From Mustelus asterias (taxonomy: Eukaryota): a DNA stretch of 64,000 nt. The stretch lies in contig NC_135806.1 of assembly GCF_964213995.1 (NCBI RefSeq), positions 53,754,001 through 53,818,000 on the forward strand, in the 5' to 3' direction. The notes under the pieces are model-generated. The model did not search any database. It was not told where the DNA came from and saw only the letters and a list, made by a program, of their open reading frames with translations. The first letter of the stretch is position 1. Each line of letters starts with the position of its first letter. The translations under genes were made by a program, and so were the position numbers. Below are positions 40,514 to 52,344 of the stretch, in pieces.

Positions 40514-42026
40514 GCAACAGGAAGAGAACACTCTTGCCTGGTGATTGTTGAGCGGCATTCATTCATCCGTTGTCGTAGCATCTGCATGGTCTCCCCAATG
40601 TGCCATGCCTCGGGACATCCTTTCCTGTAGCGTATCAGGTAGACAACGTTGGCCGAATTTGCAAGTGAATGTACTGTGTACCTGGTGGATGGTGTTCTCA
40701 CGTGAGATGATGGCATCCGTGTCGATGATCCGGCACGTCTTGCAGAGGTTGCTGTGGCAGGGTTGTGTGGTGTCCTGGTCACTGTTCTCCTGAAGGCTGG
40801 GTAGTTTGCTGCGGACAATGGTCTGTTTGAGGTTGTGTGGTTGTTTGAAGGCAAGAAGTGGGGGTGTGGGGATACCCTTGGCGAGATGTTCGTCTTCATC
40901 AATGACATGTTGAAGGCTCCGGAGAAGATGACGTAGCTTCTCCACTCCGGGGAAGTATTGAACGACGAAGGGTCCCCTGTCCGCTGTGTCCCGTCTTTGT
41001 CTTCTGAGGAGGTTGGTGCGGTTTTTCGCTGTGGCGCGTCGGAACTGTCGATTGATGAGTTGAGCGCCATATCCTGTTCTTATGAGGGCATCTTTCAGCG
41101 TCTGGAGGTGTCTGTTGCGATCCTCCTCATCTGAGCAGATCCTGTGTATACGGGGGGCTTGAGCATAGGGAATGGCTTCTTTAACGTGTTTAGGGTGGAA
41201 GCTGGAGAAGTGGAGTATCGTGAGGTTATCCGTGGGCTTGCGGTACAGTGAAGTGCTGAGGTGACCATCCTTGATGGAGATGCATGTGTCCAAGAATGCA
41301 ACCGATTCCGGAGAGTAGTCCATGGTGAGTCTGATGGTGGGATTGAACTTGTTGATGTCATCATATAGTTGCTTCAGTGATTGTTCACCATGAGTCCAAA
41401 GGAAGAAAATGTAATCGATGTATCTAGTGTATAGCATCGGTTGAAGGTCCTGTGCAGTGAAGAGGTCTTGTTCGAACCTGTGCATGAAGATGTTGGCATA
41501 TTGAGGTGCGAATTTTGTCCCCATGGCTGTTCGTGTGCCTGGATGAAGAACTGGTTGTTGAAGGTGAAGACATTGTGGTCCAGGATGAAGCGGATGAGTT
41601 GTAAAATTGCATCACGACACACGACAGTGCAGAGTCGCTGAGCAGAGACTGATAGCCAAGTTCCGCACACATGAGGACGGCCTCAACCGGGATCTTGGGT
41701 TCATGTCACACTATCTGTAACCTCCACGACTTGCCTGGGCTTGCAAAATCTCACTAACTGTCCCGGCTGGAGACAATACACATCTCTTTAACCTGTGCTT
41801 AACGCTCTCTCCACTCACATTGTCTGTACCTTTAAGACTTGATTACCTGTAAAGACTCGCATTCCAACCATTATTTTGTAAATTGAGTTTGTGTCTTTAT
41901 ATGCCCTGTTTGTGAACTGAAATCCCACTCACCTGACGAAGGAGCAGCGAGCGTTCCGAAAGCTAGTGGCTTTTGCTACCAAATAAACCTGTTGGACTTT
42001 AACCTGGCATTGTGAGACTTCTTACA
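40514..42026. mobile_element. Penelope-like element with internal inversion: RT/GIY-YIG on minus (40514-41613), 3' end plus pLTR on plus (41612-42026)
   Basis: MGTKFAPQYANIFM...RYIDYIF...FLD...LYRKPTD are PLE RT motifs. The plus-strand part encodes HDTRQCRVAEQRLIAKFRTHEDGLNRD and carries a hammerhead at 41929-41969. Confidence 0.9.
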
Positions 42027-43165
42027 TAGATTATGAGAGTAGGGAGGTAATGTTGGAGCTGTACAAAACTTTGGTTAGGCCACAGCTAAGTGTAGTTCTG
42101 GTTGCCTCACTATAGGAAGGATGCGATTGCACCGGAGAGGGTGCTGAGGAAATTCACCAGGATGCTGCCTGGGATGGAGCATTTGAGCTATGAAAAAAGG
42201 ATAGATAGGCTCGAGTTGTTTTCTTTAGAGCAGAGAAGGTCGAGGGAGGACCAGCTTGAGATGTATAAGATTATGAAGGGTATGGACAGGGTGGATAGGA
42301 AGCAGCTGTTCCCTTTCGTTGAAAGGTCAATAACAAGTTGGCATAATTTTAAGATGAGGGGCAGGAGAATCAGAGGGGGTTTGAGGAATAATGTTTTCAC
42401 CCAGAGGGTGGTGGGAGTAACCTCACAACCTTTAAGAAGTGTAAGGGGAAAATACAAGGAGAACACACTTTAAAATGGCTGCCTGGCACATAAAGAGTTA
42501 ACTGGGAAAGGAGCCAAAAAAGCAGACACCGGCTCCCACTTATCAGAAATCACTTTAAATCAAAACCTAACAGACAAGCCATTTCTAAATCACAGACAGT
42601 GACTCATAGTAAACAAACACCTCAGGAAGTCAAGCCCAGGGTCGAGATATCTTTTAAGATAAGGAAAACCAGAAACAAAGGGAACAGATTAGCCATAGGA
42701 AGAGCGGGAAATATGAATGCGAGGAAACCAATTAACACCTGTATGAGCCGAAACCAACCACTGATAGATACAGACATCAGGAAATGTACCCATTCATAAG
42801 AACAATACTATGTTAAATGTCTATATCTGTTTGTACCTACCTAAAACGATGTGATAATGTTCGAATCACCGGTCCATCCATTGTGTAAAGCGTATAAAAA
42901 TGGACCGCTCCCGACATTTTACCGAGAAAAGGTCTTCTATTCACTTGTGCCTTATCTCCCGGAGCTCCGTTAAATAAATCGTATTTTCTGAATCTCGAAG
43001 TCTGACTACTAGTGGATTTTTCCCACAACAAGAAGTATGTGGATGCACACTTGAAATGTCACAACATTCAAGGCCAAGTGCTGGAAAATGGAATTAGTAT
43101 AGATTTAGTGTAGCTTTTTCAGTGCAGACTCGATGGGCCAAGGGCCTCTTCTGCACTGTATGACT
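42027..43165 (+). mobile_element. CR1/HER1-type LINE 3' fragment interrupted by a solo LTR
   Basis: CR1 ORF2 C-terminus; its tail gcagactcgatgggcc...cttctgcactgta is shared with the HE1-like SINEs. Confidence 0.85.
42440..43030 (+). mobile_element. Solo LTR (591 bp)
   Basis: TGT...ACA termini, 5-bp TSD AGAAG (42435-42439 and 43031-43035), TATAAAAA at 42893 and AATAAA at 42973. Confidence 0.88.
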
Positions 43166-43452
43166 AAGTGTTCCTGGCTAATGGACAACATAGAGAGACA
43201 GAGCATTAAACTAAAATGACTTGGCTCTAACTGATGCTGTTACTGTGGAATGACAAGGACTATCAAGGACACATTAAAGTTTTGGAGCTTAAAATCAATT
43301 GGACAAAGCTTGTGACAGATGGGAAGCCAAAAAACAGAATGAATGTAAAAGAATGCAAGCGCTAATTAAAAAAGAATATAAAGATTTTTTATTGGAACAC
43401 AAACATAACCTCAACAAGATTTTTAAGGCAATGTAAGAGAACCTACAGGCAA

Positions 43453-43760
43453 GGCGGTTACGTAGTGGGATTGTCACTGGACTAGTAGTCCAGAAACCCA
43501 GGGTAATGCTCTGGGGACCCGGGTTCAAATCCTGCCGTGGCAGATGATTAAGTTTGAATTCAATAAAAATCTGGAATTAAAAGTCTAATGGTGACTATGG
43601 AACCATTGCTAATAGTCGTAAAAACCCAACTGGCTCATTAATGTCCTTCAGGGAAGGATATCTGCTGCCCTTATCTGGTCTGGCCTACATGTGACTCCAG
43701 ATCTACAGCAATGTGGTTGACTCTTAAAATGCCCACTTTCCATGAACGAATGATAAAAAA
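43453..43760 (+). mobile_element. Second tRNA-derived SINE family
   Basis: ggttcaaatcc B box; homologous to 63620-63983 and 18668-19012. Confidence 0.78.
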
Positions 43761-44262
43761 AACATAACCCACGTTTAAACAGGAGGAAGACGACTTGGGT
43801 GGTTGCTTAGCTGAGACATGTTTTTCAAATATGGACATTTAAGAGCATACAGCCATGAAAGAGAATGAGAATCAACATTCAAATTTGAACCAAGTGGTTC
43901 TCAGGCTGATTCTAAAGGAAAACAAAAGGAAATACTGAATTCAGAAGGTTAAAAAGTATTATGGCAGGGAATTTCTTCTGAATCTACAATTTAAACTTGC
44001 TGGGATTCAAAAGCCAGAGGAAATATCAGAAGTCAGCAATGTTGTTCTTAGCATAGTTTTGCAGGCAGAAACAGTTGTGGCAAATTTTAACCGAGGACGC
44101 AGAAACGGTGTGAACTTTAATCAAGGAAAAGGAGCTACTCTATTAGCAACGTAGTAAGTTGGTTGTTAAAGTTTATAGAATGTTATGTTAGGTTAAATTG
44201 AAGGTGGTGACGTGATTATTCAGAATTCTGCCCGACAACAAGTCTGGCTTAGTCAAGAGGTG

Positions 44263-44361
44263 GAGATGCCGGCGTTGGACTGGGGTAAACACAGTACGAA
44301 GTCTAACAACACCAAGTTAATAAACCTGTTGGACTTTAACCTGGTGTTGTTAGACTTCTTA
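44263..44361. mobile_element. Tiny inverted PLE pLTR-end insertion
   Basis: 15-bp direct repeat cttagtcaagaggtg at 44248-44262 and 44362-44376 flanks inverted pLTR-end pieces. Confidence 0.8.
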
Positions 44362-44587
44362 CTTAGTCAAGAGGTGCAGGAAGGGCATGTTTGGGGCAGA
44401 AGATGTTCCACTCGACCAAGTAACCCACGTGAATTGGATGGTCCTGAGTGAATTGCGATTCTGAGTGAAAACTCAATGTGCCTGAGTCCTGCATTTTTAC
44501 TCACGTAAAAATATGTGTGAGTGCATTGTCACCATCCTCCTGAATAGACATGTAACAACACCCACTGGTTGAATGTGTGGCATCTGA

Positions 44588-44830
44588 TCACAACACCAGG
44601 TTAAAGTCCAATAGGTTTATTTGGAAGCACGAGCTTTCGGAGCGCTGCTCCTTCATCAAGTGAGTGGACAAACAGCGCTCCGAAAGCTCATGATTCCTCC
44701 ACTCACCTGATGAAGGAGCAGCACTCCGAAAGCTTGTGATTCCAAATAAACCTGTTGGACTTTAACCTGGTGTTGTGAGACTTCTTACTATGTCCACCCC
44801 AGTCCAACGCCAGTATCTCCACATCATGGT
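44588..44830. mobile_element. Compound PLE pLTR cluster with about 2.5 hammerhead motifs
   Basis: Minus-strand hammerhead at 44628-44663, plus-strand half motif at ~44673-44696 and plus-strand full motif at 44703-44739. Confidence 0.8.
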
Positions 44831-45589
44831 ATCTCATCAATAGCTTTTGCAACATAATCAAAAATAAACAGTGAATCCTGAATATATATGTAGCTCTCTT
44901 GACTATTCTCTAGGTAATGACTTCCAAATTTCAATATTTCCTATCATATACATAATATATATCTTGTATTTATATAAATTCATACTGAATTGCTACTGTA
45001 TAAAGTCCAAGTCTATTTATAATCCATTATGTGGATTTTAAGCAACTTTTATGAAAATGTATTTCCTAACTTTAAAGTATTTAAGCTCTGTGCTTGCAAA
45101 GCTAAAGTGGTGTCCTCAGGATTGCCACAGTTAGAGGACACGGTAACATTGCAACATGGCAGTGGAAGGATGAAAAAGGAGTGGGGGAGGTGGCAAGAAA
45201 GTAGGTGAGAAAGAGAATGAAAGGGGAGGGTTGAAGAGGGTGTGGTGATGGTTAGGAGGTTTGATCGGGCGAGGGGAGAGGCAGTTAAAGTGAAGAATGG
45301 GAGAATCTTGATGGTTACTGTATGTACCCATCTGGACCCTCTCCTCATCCCTCCCATTCTTCATCTAATTGCAGAAAAAGAGTGCTAAAGAGCCAGATAA
45401 AGAGCCAAAGCCTGTTGAAAATTAACACAGTAAGAAGTTTAACAACACCAGGTTAAAGTCAGCACATCTAGGTTTGTGCAGTTAATTTGCCTTGTTTAGT
45501 ATGCCTTTTGGATGGTTTACATGGTGTCTTTTATTTTTATGTTTTGTATTTGTTGGATTATCTTATATGGCTATCAACTTTAGACTTAC

Positions 45590-46610
45590 TTAGATTTAGT
45601 TCCTCTGGTCCTGCGCAGAACGGATAGCAAGACTCCACCACCGACCCTGGTCCATTGCAATCTCTTTCGCTCCAGCACAGGTGGTGTTCCACTCTTGAGG
45701 GCCCTTCTTAAATGTACTTTGTCAGGTTTTCATTGGCTGGCCCTACCTTCCTTTTCCATCTTGCAGTGTCCATTCTACTGCCACACTGGTGGGAAGCATG
45801 TTGGGAGGCAAAGTATGTGTCTTACCAGTCTCAATCATCTCTCTTTCACAATGTCCCGTGGACATTTCTGACCAGTTCTCTGCAGAACTTCTTTTCATTA
45901 ATGATGTTGTCTCTCCATGTGATCCCAGGATATTACGTAGGCAATGCTGGTGAAACAGTAATTACTAACTTATGTAACACCTTTGCTGTTCTCTTCCATG
46001 TCTCAATCAGTTGGTGTTACCATGAACATGTAGAGTCACGGCTTCATGGCCATGTTGATGGTGTCAGATGCCGAGATTGTGTGGAGCTGCTGGAAGACCA
46101 ATACTCCGCTGCCAATTTTTGTGTGGATGTCAATCTCTACATCACCCTCCCTAGAGATGTTGCTTTCTATGTCGGGGAAGCAGTTGATGTCCTCGATGTT
46201 CTTTTGCACAATGGTGATGGGAGGGCCTTGTTGCTGTCCAGCTGTCACTGTCTTGGTCCTCTTGTAGCTCATATATTGACCAACCTTGGCATTGCTATTC
46301 CCCACTGGTGGTCATGTTTGGCAATTCTTTGGCCAGCAAGGTGATGTCATCTGTGAAATCCAGGTCCATCAACTGGTGGTGTTGCCATGGGAAGCCAAAG
46401 TCCACACCCACCATTCCTCATGGCGAAATCAATAACCAAAGGAAACTGAATGGGGAGAACATGTAGCCTGGCTGTACTTCTCCGATAATGTTGAAGAAGT
46501 CCATGGTGCCCATTTAGGTTTTGACACAGTAGCTGGAATCTTGATTTGGAGGCTTTGAAGATGTTAATATATTTTGCTCCTTATCGTCTTGCAATTTTCC
46601 AAAATGGCTG
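45590..46610 (-). mobile_element. Degenerate RTE-like LINE fragment
   Basis: Minus strand encodes DLDFTDDITL-like RT motif and NISREGDVEIDIHTKIG remnants. Confidence 0.6.
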
Positions 46611-47199
46611 CCAATGGATGTTATTAAAAGCCTTCTTGTAATCAATTCCTATCAAGGGATATGGGGGGAAGGGGGGACCAGGATATTGAATTTGATGATC
46701 AGCCATGATCATGATGAATGGCGGAGCAGGCTCAAAGGGCCAAATGGCCTACTCCTGCTTCTAGTTTCTATGTTTCTACAACAAGTGGCATCTGATATTC
46801 TAGGTTCTGCTCAATGATGTCCCTGAGCACCTGCCTACTGCATGACCTGTCATGGAAAGCAGTTGTTCTTCGCTAAGGGTACTTCTGCTGTCAACGTGTT
46901 GAGGAGCTGAGTTGTCAGGCACTGACAACAGATATCAACAAATTATCAACAGATGGCGCTAAAACATTATGGTCGAAAGTAATTTTCATTGCAACAGTTT
47001 AACAGCTGAACTGTGCAGATTTTCCTTCAGGAAATTTGCGTGAGACTTAGGCTAGTTTTATACAGGAACCTTTCTATGTCTGAATTTGCTCTTACCATTT
47101 GCACCCAGCGAAATGCGAAAGAGTAACTGAGAATAGCTCGTCCACACGCCAAAAAATACCCCACAAGTTTCCTGCATTTACGCTATTCCTAAATGGGCT

Positions 47200-48050
47200 T
47201 AAATGTGCAACCAAATATTCAAGCGCAGCGCGTTCCCCCCTCTCTGACCCGATCGCAGCCAAGAGATGAATCAATGCACTGGGGCCTGTTATTGTGCTAG
47301 GAATTCTGCTGCGACTGAGGCGTTGCAATCTCTGGAGCCTGCGATTCAAAACAGAAACTGTGGCAAGATTAAATCAATTGTGTTTTGAAAGTCGAGGGAT
47401 GGGGGTGAATGGAATGATATTGTCAGCGCAGAGGCGCATTGCTGAGAACTGCGGGCTGACCGGGTGGGGGTGGGGGCGACCAGAACAACAGAGGGAGGGA
47501 CACACTGGAGCCGGGGCTGGGGAGGGCTCGCGGGCGCCGGGGGATGGAACGTTGGCCCTGGGAATGGAACGCTGTGCACCTGGGGATGGAACGTTGGCCC
47601 TGGGAATGGAACGCTGTGCACCTGGGGATGGAACGTTGGCCCTGGGAATGGAACGCTCTGCACCGGGGGATGGAACGTTGGCCCTGGGAATGGAACACTG
47701 CGCGCCGGGGAGTGGAACGTTGCGCGCAGCCCGTCCCGGTGCCCGAGCTGAAGCTGTGTGACACCGGAAGCTGCTGCAGCTGTACACACACTGAGTGAGT
47801 GAGAACCCCCAGCAAATCACATTGCACCGGGACCGTGAGTTTGTGCCCGCTGGATTGTTTTTTTTTAATTAATTAAATTGCGGGGGTTTTGTTGATGTTG
47901 ACATTGGGGTAGTTCAAGGAAAGCTGGAACGGTCGCTGGAGTTTTACACGCGGGGGTTGGGGAGCTTCGGGGGGGGTTTAGCTCCGCTGAAGTTATTGCA
48001 GATTCCTTTCTAATTCTAAGTTCGTTATCGGTGTGGATTTTAAAGGCAGG
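47200..48050 (+). promoter_or_regulatory. CpG/GC-rich promoter and candidate non-coding first exon(s) for UQCRQ/ZNG1
   Basis: Most GC/CpG-rich non-transposon stretch of the window. Candidate plus-strand donors are GTGAGT at 47795 and 47835 and CAG|GTAAAT at 48050. The ZNG1 ATG exon is preceded by an acceptor, so an upstream exon is required. Confidence 0.6.
47534..47722. repeat. 42-bp minisatellite (~4.5 copies; two related 21-bp subunits)
   Basis: Unit ggggatggaacgttggccctg+ggaatggaacgctgtgcacct repeated almost perfectly; also visible as repeated peptides in all ORF frames. Confidence 0.95.
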
Positions 48051-48311
48051 TAAATACAATGCGCACAAGAAGATGTGGTTCTGTGTTTCTATCGGTGACA
48101 TTGACCCGGGTGCACGAGAGTTCCTGTGATTTTAGAAAGCTGATAGGTCAACATTTGTGCTGGGTTTGTGTACCGAGGGTCTGGTGATTCCGGATGCTCA
48201 CACTCCACTTCTAAAAACACTGCTCTCTACAATGTTGCTCTGGCATTTTTTACGATGCACTATTGTTAAAGCACAACATATGGCAAGAACTTTGGATTTA
48301 GTGGCTGCAAA

Positions 48312-48560
48312 ATGGGTCGCCACTTTGGAAACTTGACCAGGTTACGACACATTGTCACCTACACCATCTCTCCCTTTGAACAGAAGGCATTTGCAAATTA
48401 TTTCTCCAAAGGCATTCCCAATACGTGGAGGCGATTCAGGGGTCAAGTGCTCCGGGTTGTTCCTCCCTTTGTGTTATCGTATCTTATCTATACCTGGGCC
48501 AACCGTGAACATGAACTGTCACTGAGGAAAAACCCGGCTGACTATGTGAACGATAAATGA
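48312..48560 (+). CDS. UQCRQ: Cytochrome b-c1 complex subunit 8 (QCR8/UQCRQ), intronless, 82 aa
   Basis: MGRHFGNL...[11 protein letters not shown]...KGIPN...YLIYTW...[11 protein letters not shown] matches vertebrate UQCRQ over its full length (82 aa, as in human). Good Kozak context (aaaATGG) and no disabling mutation. Confidence 0.95.
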   Translation: MGRHFGNLTRLRHIVTYTISPFEQKAFANYFSKGIPNTWRRFRGQVLRVVPPFVLSYLIYTWANREHELSLRKNPADYVNDK

Positions 48561-48650
48561 ACGGTGGTATATGGAGGGTATAATTTCTGATGATGCACCA
48601 AGGATATTCCTGCCCAACTGTTCACTTTCAGCGAAAACATTGTCTCTCCC

Positions 48651-48983
48651 GGGCGGCACGGTAGCACAGTGGTTAGCACTGCTGCTTCACAGCTCCAGGG
48701 TCCCGGGTTCAATTCCCGGCTCGGGTCACTGCCTGTGTGGAGTTTGCACATTCTCCTCGTGTCTGCGTGGGTTTCCTCCGGGTGCTCCGGTTTCCTCCCA
48801 CAGTCCAAAGGTGTGCGGGTTAGGTTGATTGGCCAGGTTAAAAATTGCCCCTTAGAGTCCTGAGATGTGTAGGTTAGAGGGATTAGCGGGTAAATATGTG
48901 GGGCCTGGGTGGGATTGTGGTCGGTGCAGACTCGATGGGCCGAATGGCCTCCTTCTGCACTGTAGGGTTTCTATGATTTCTAT
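48651..48983 (+). mobile_element. Young HE1-like SINE about 90 bp downstream of the UQCRQ stop
   Basis: Full-length with CpGs intact; near-identical to 6143-6478. Confidence 0.92.
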
Positions 48984-50072
48984 GTTGGATAAACTTCAAG
49001 AATCCATGACACTGGCCGTTTACAGATTACAGAGATTAGTTCCTTTAAAAAGCAGACTCATCAACACTTCAGTTTAAACAGGCTCTCAGTCAAAGCACAC
49101 AATTTGATCCACCAGTCTCCTCGCGATATCTATGCAAATTGGATAGGAATATTTGGTGATTTAATCAGGTTTTCAGTACTAAGTTGCTCTCAATGTCCAC
49201 TACATGTTTCACTGCATGTGATCGCTCAAATTGTGTGTGTATTATTGGGCATTGGGGTGTGTTTAAATTCCCCGCCTCAGGATGTAATAATGTGACAGTT
49301 AAAGAGTTGATGCCAGCATGACTATAAACCGAAGTATTGACCCAAAGCGGTGCATCGTCTGAGTTGCAAGTTACCATTGTTCTTGCTGAATGGCAGCCCA
49401 GAAATTGGTTCATGACAACACCTACATTTCTTTGGATGTAGCTAATTGGTCAGCATAAACCATGGTTTGTAACATCCCCCATTGCAAATTAGACTCAGAA
49501 CTCTATTCCAATTAATTCTGGGCTTTCAATCAGCATATCATACCCCTGCCATAGTAACTAATTAACCACCTTCATCACTACTCATTCACCACCAATGTTC
49601 TATGATGTTCAATCACGCCACTCTGTAAATTTTGAAATGTGTTTTATGTTGGTGCATGTGTCAGGTATTGGCATTGATGGTGGTCTGGTGCTCTTCTATT
49701 ATGCCTTGTTTACTATTATGACTACATAAACACATTTTGGTCCTGCATTGTCAACACGTGCACTTCTTTAATGCAACTCTGCACAATCAAATAACATGAT
49801 GCAAAACAGTGAAGATATGATTAATATGGTACCAATTGGGTTGCATGGTCATCTAATCTGCTCAGTCCAAATGGCTGCAAAACTCTCCCCTTCAGGTTTT
49901 TTTAAATATTCGGTGAGAGATTTCTGCTGGCGCTGTTTGCCATCTTTTTCACTCCATTCCCTTTAATGAGTGAGTGTTGCCTTTAAATATAAGAGCACTG
50001 TGAATTAACATTGTGATTATGGAATCCCTGCCTGTGGTACACTGGCCTCACCATTGTAGCATCACAGAATTT

Positions 50073-50271
50073 TAGAATCCCTACAGTGCAGAAGGACAGC
50101 AATCCCACCTAGGCCCTCTACCCATGACCCCACGTATTTACCCTGCTAAACTCCCTGACATCTAAGGGACAATTTAGCATAGCCAATCAACCTAACTCAC
50201 ACATCTTTGGATTGTGGGAGAAAACTGAAGGAAACCCACGCAGACACAGGGAGAACTTGCAAACTCCACAC
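50073..50271 (-). mobile_element. HE1-like SINE, truncated
   Basis: Body and tail match in minus orientation. Confidence 0.8.
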
Positions 50272-50633
50272 ACGTATAATGTAATTTGATTCATCTGTTT
50301 TTGCTTGCATTAACTTAAGTTATCAGTGAGGAAGTAGCAACAATTTGTCAGTGGTTTTATATATATAGAATAGGCAAAAAAAATCTTACATAAAACTGTT
50401 CTATGTTGCTGCATTGCATTAATGCTTTTGCTTTATATTTTTAAGCTACTTCAATTTTTCAAATTTCTTGCCAGATCTACTAAGTATTGGACACACCATT
50501 GACAACTTACCTGCATTTTCCGCAGATCAACACCTGTTTTGAGACAAGGTGAGAAGGCTAAAACCCTGCTCCAAAATTGTCATCATAAGTATTTTGAAAA
50601 TGCCCCCAATATAGTCAGCATTCCAATGATAAA

Positions 50634-50815
50634 TAACAAAAACAAATAATACTGGAAAATCTCAGCAGTTCTGACAGCATCTGTGGAGAGAGAATAGAGC
50701 CAATAGAGCTCTGACGAAGGATAATCCAGACGAAAACAATTGGGTCTATTCTCTCTCCACAGATGCTGTCAGACTTGCTGAGATATTCCAGCATCCGCAG
50801 TATTTTGTTTTTATT
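50634..50815. mobile_element. Inverted pair of family-2 PLE terminal repeats
   Basis: ctggaaaatctcagcagttctgacagcatctgtggagagagaataga has an inverted counterpart at ~50745-50792; degenerate CTGACGA...GAAA at 50711-50736. Confidence 0.65.
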
Positions 50816-52344
50816 CCAATTATAAATCCTGCTCTCCAAAATGCATGATTAAAACATTATTTAAATTTATTGTATGCTTGGCATCTGGATTTGTGAGATT
50901 TTAACAGTTCTGTTCGTTAAGTTGTCGACCTATTGAGCTTTGCAACCTCTCATTTTGCGAGATTCATTTAACAATAATTTGATATTTTTACACTTTAAAC
51001 TCAAAATATTAATTATGTTAGCTAAAGATAACTGATTTCCTATTTTTGTTTGATGTTTAAATACATTTTGCCACTTTTGTTTCCTATAGTTATTTTGCAT
51101 TGGAATAAACTCATTGCAAATTCCATTAAATATCCTGACTCATTCCACTGGCTTCCCAGCAGATCCAAGGTGGGTAGAGCTGGAACTATGCCTATGTTTT
51201 TCACCCTATGTTCCCCAGCATCTAGCGCTTGAATGTTTGTGGATAGGACTTGGCAGGTTTTTATTGGAATGGGAACTGTGCAGTCACTCACAGCATTGCC
51301 TTGCCCTGCCCCGCCCCTAAGAATGATGATGCACAGATACTCACCCGAGCGGCAACCCCTCATCTGCTGGGGACACTACCTTACCTGTGCAACGGTTACT
51401 ACTGCCAGAAGCATTGTCAGGTCTGGTGGATCAGGGAGACTGCGGTGGCATCAGAAATGTGTGGGTTTGGGTAGGTGATCTCCTGGGCTCTGTTGGAGAT
51501 TTCTTCCACAAATTGGAAAGCTGGGTCCAAAAGTTCTGCCAAGTCTCATTTTAAAATGACACTTATTTAAGATGTCAGTGGCCCACTTTCCCTGTAAATA
51601 TAATATTCAACTGATTAAACGCATGTTTATTCATATTTTTTAGAGAATAATATTGCAGAACAATTTTTCTTAAACTTACAATGTGGTCTCTCTTAGAATG
51701 AGTAGTTGATAACACGTAACACAAATCTATTTGGACAAATTGCAGAATGTTGATGTAAGTGTGAAATGACATTAAAATCACACTAAGGGAAATTTTTATA
51801 GATAGATTTATTTGAATGAATTGCAAATAATACATGACACTTCCCAGAAGAGAATCTCCTGACTCTTTTATTACTTGACAACTGCAATCAGAATTTATAG
51901 TTTTTTTTTAAAAATCCATGTGAAGAAAAGGAATACACTATGAAAATTGTCACTTTTCAATACTTTTGGTACTGTCTAAGAATGGTAAAACTACCAGTTA
52001 GCTAAAAATGCTGTCATTTTCCATTTTGTTTGTTGTCTTTCCACTCTTCTGATTTCATTAGTTTATCTTCCGTCTAAGTGTATACTTTATTGCACTGGAG
52101 TGAAGATTGATCTTGTTTACATTTTTGAGTGAAGCAAGCTTTGAGATTGCACTTGATTTAGTTGGCCCATGCACCATACAGGAACAGGTTCAATCCCTGA
52201 TCAGTGCTGAGTTAGCTTATTTCAATTGGGCTAATGCTCAGGAGCCAAATCTGGCTTGAGTCACCCTGGGCTAAGAAGAGAAAAATCGGCAAGTGTTCTG
52301 CTCTTGATTCTAACTTGTGATTCCTAGTACCACATTACAGTGCA

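Noticed and set aside
45712-46344. 210-aa plus-strand ORF
   Set aside because: Antisense frame of a decayed RTE-like LINE; no recognisable domain.
47534-47722. CRISPR-like repeat array
   Set aside because: Units are contiguous with no unique spacers, there are no cas genes, and the context is eukaryotic.
47294-47827. Several 84-155 aa ORFs with repeated peptides on both strands
   Set aside because: They arise from the GC-rich 42-bp minisatellite; there is no recognisable protein similarity.
48651-48722. tRNA gene
   Set aside because: The A/B boxes belong to the tRNA-derived head of a SINE repeated about ten times in the window.
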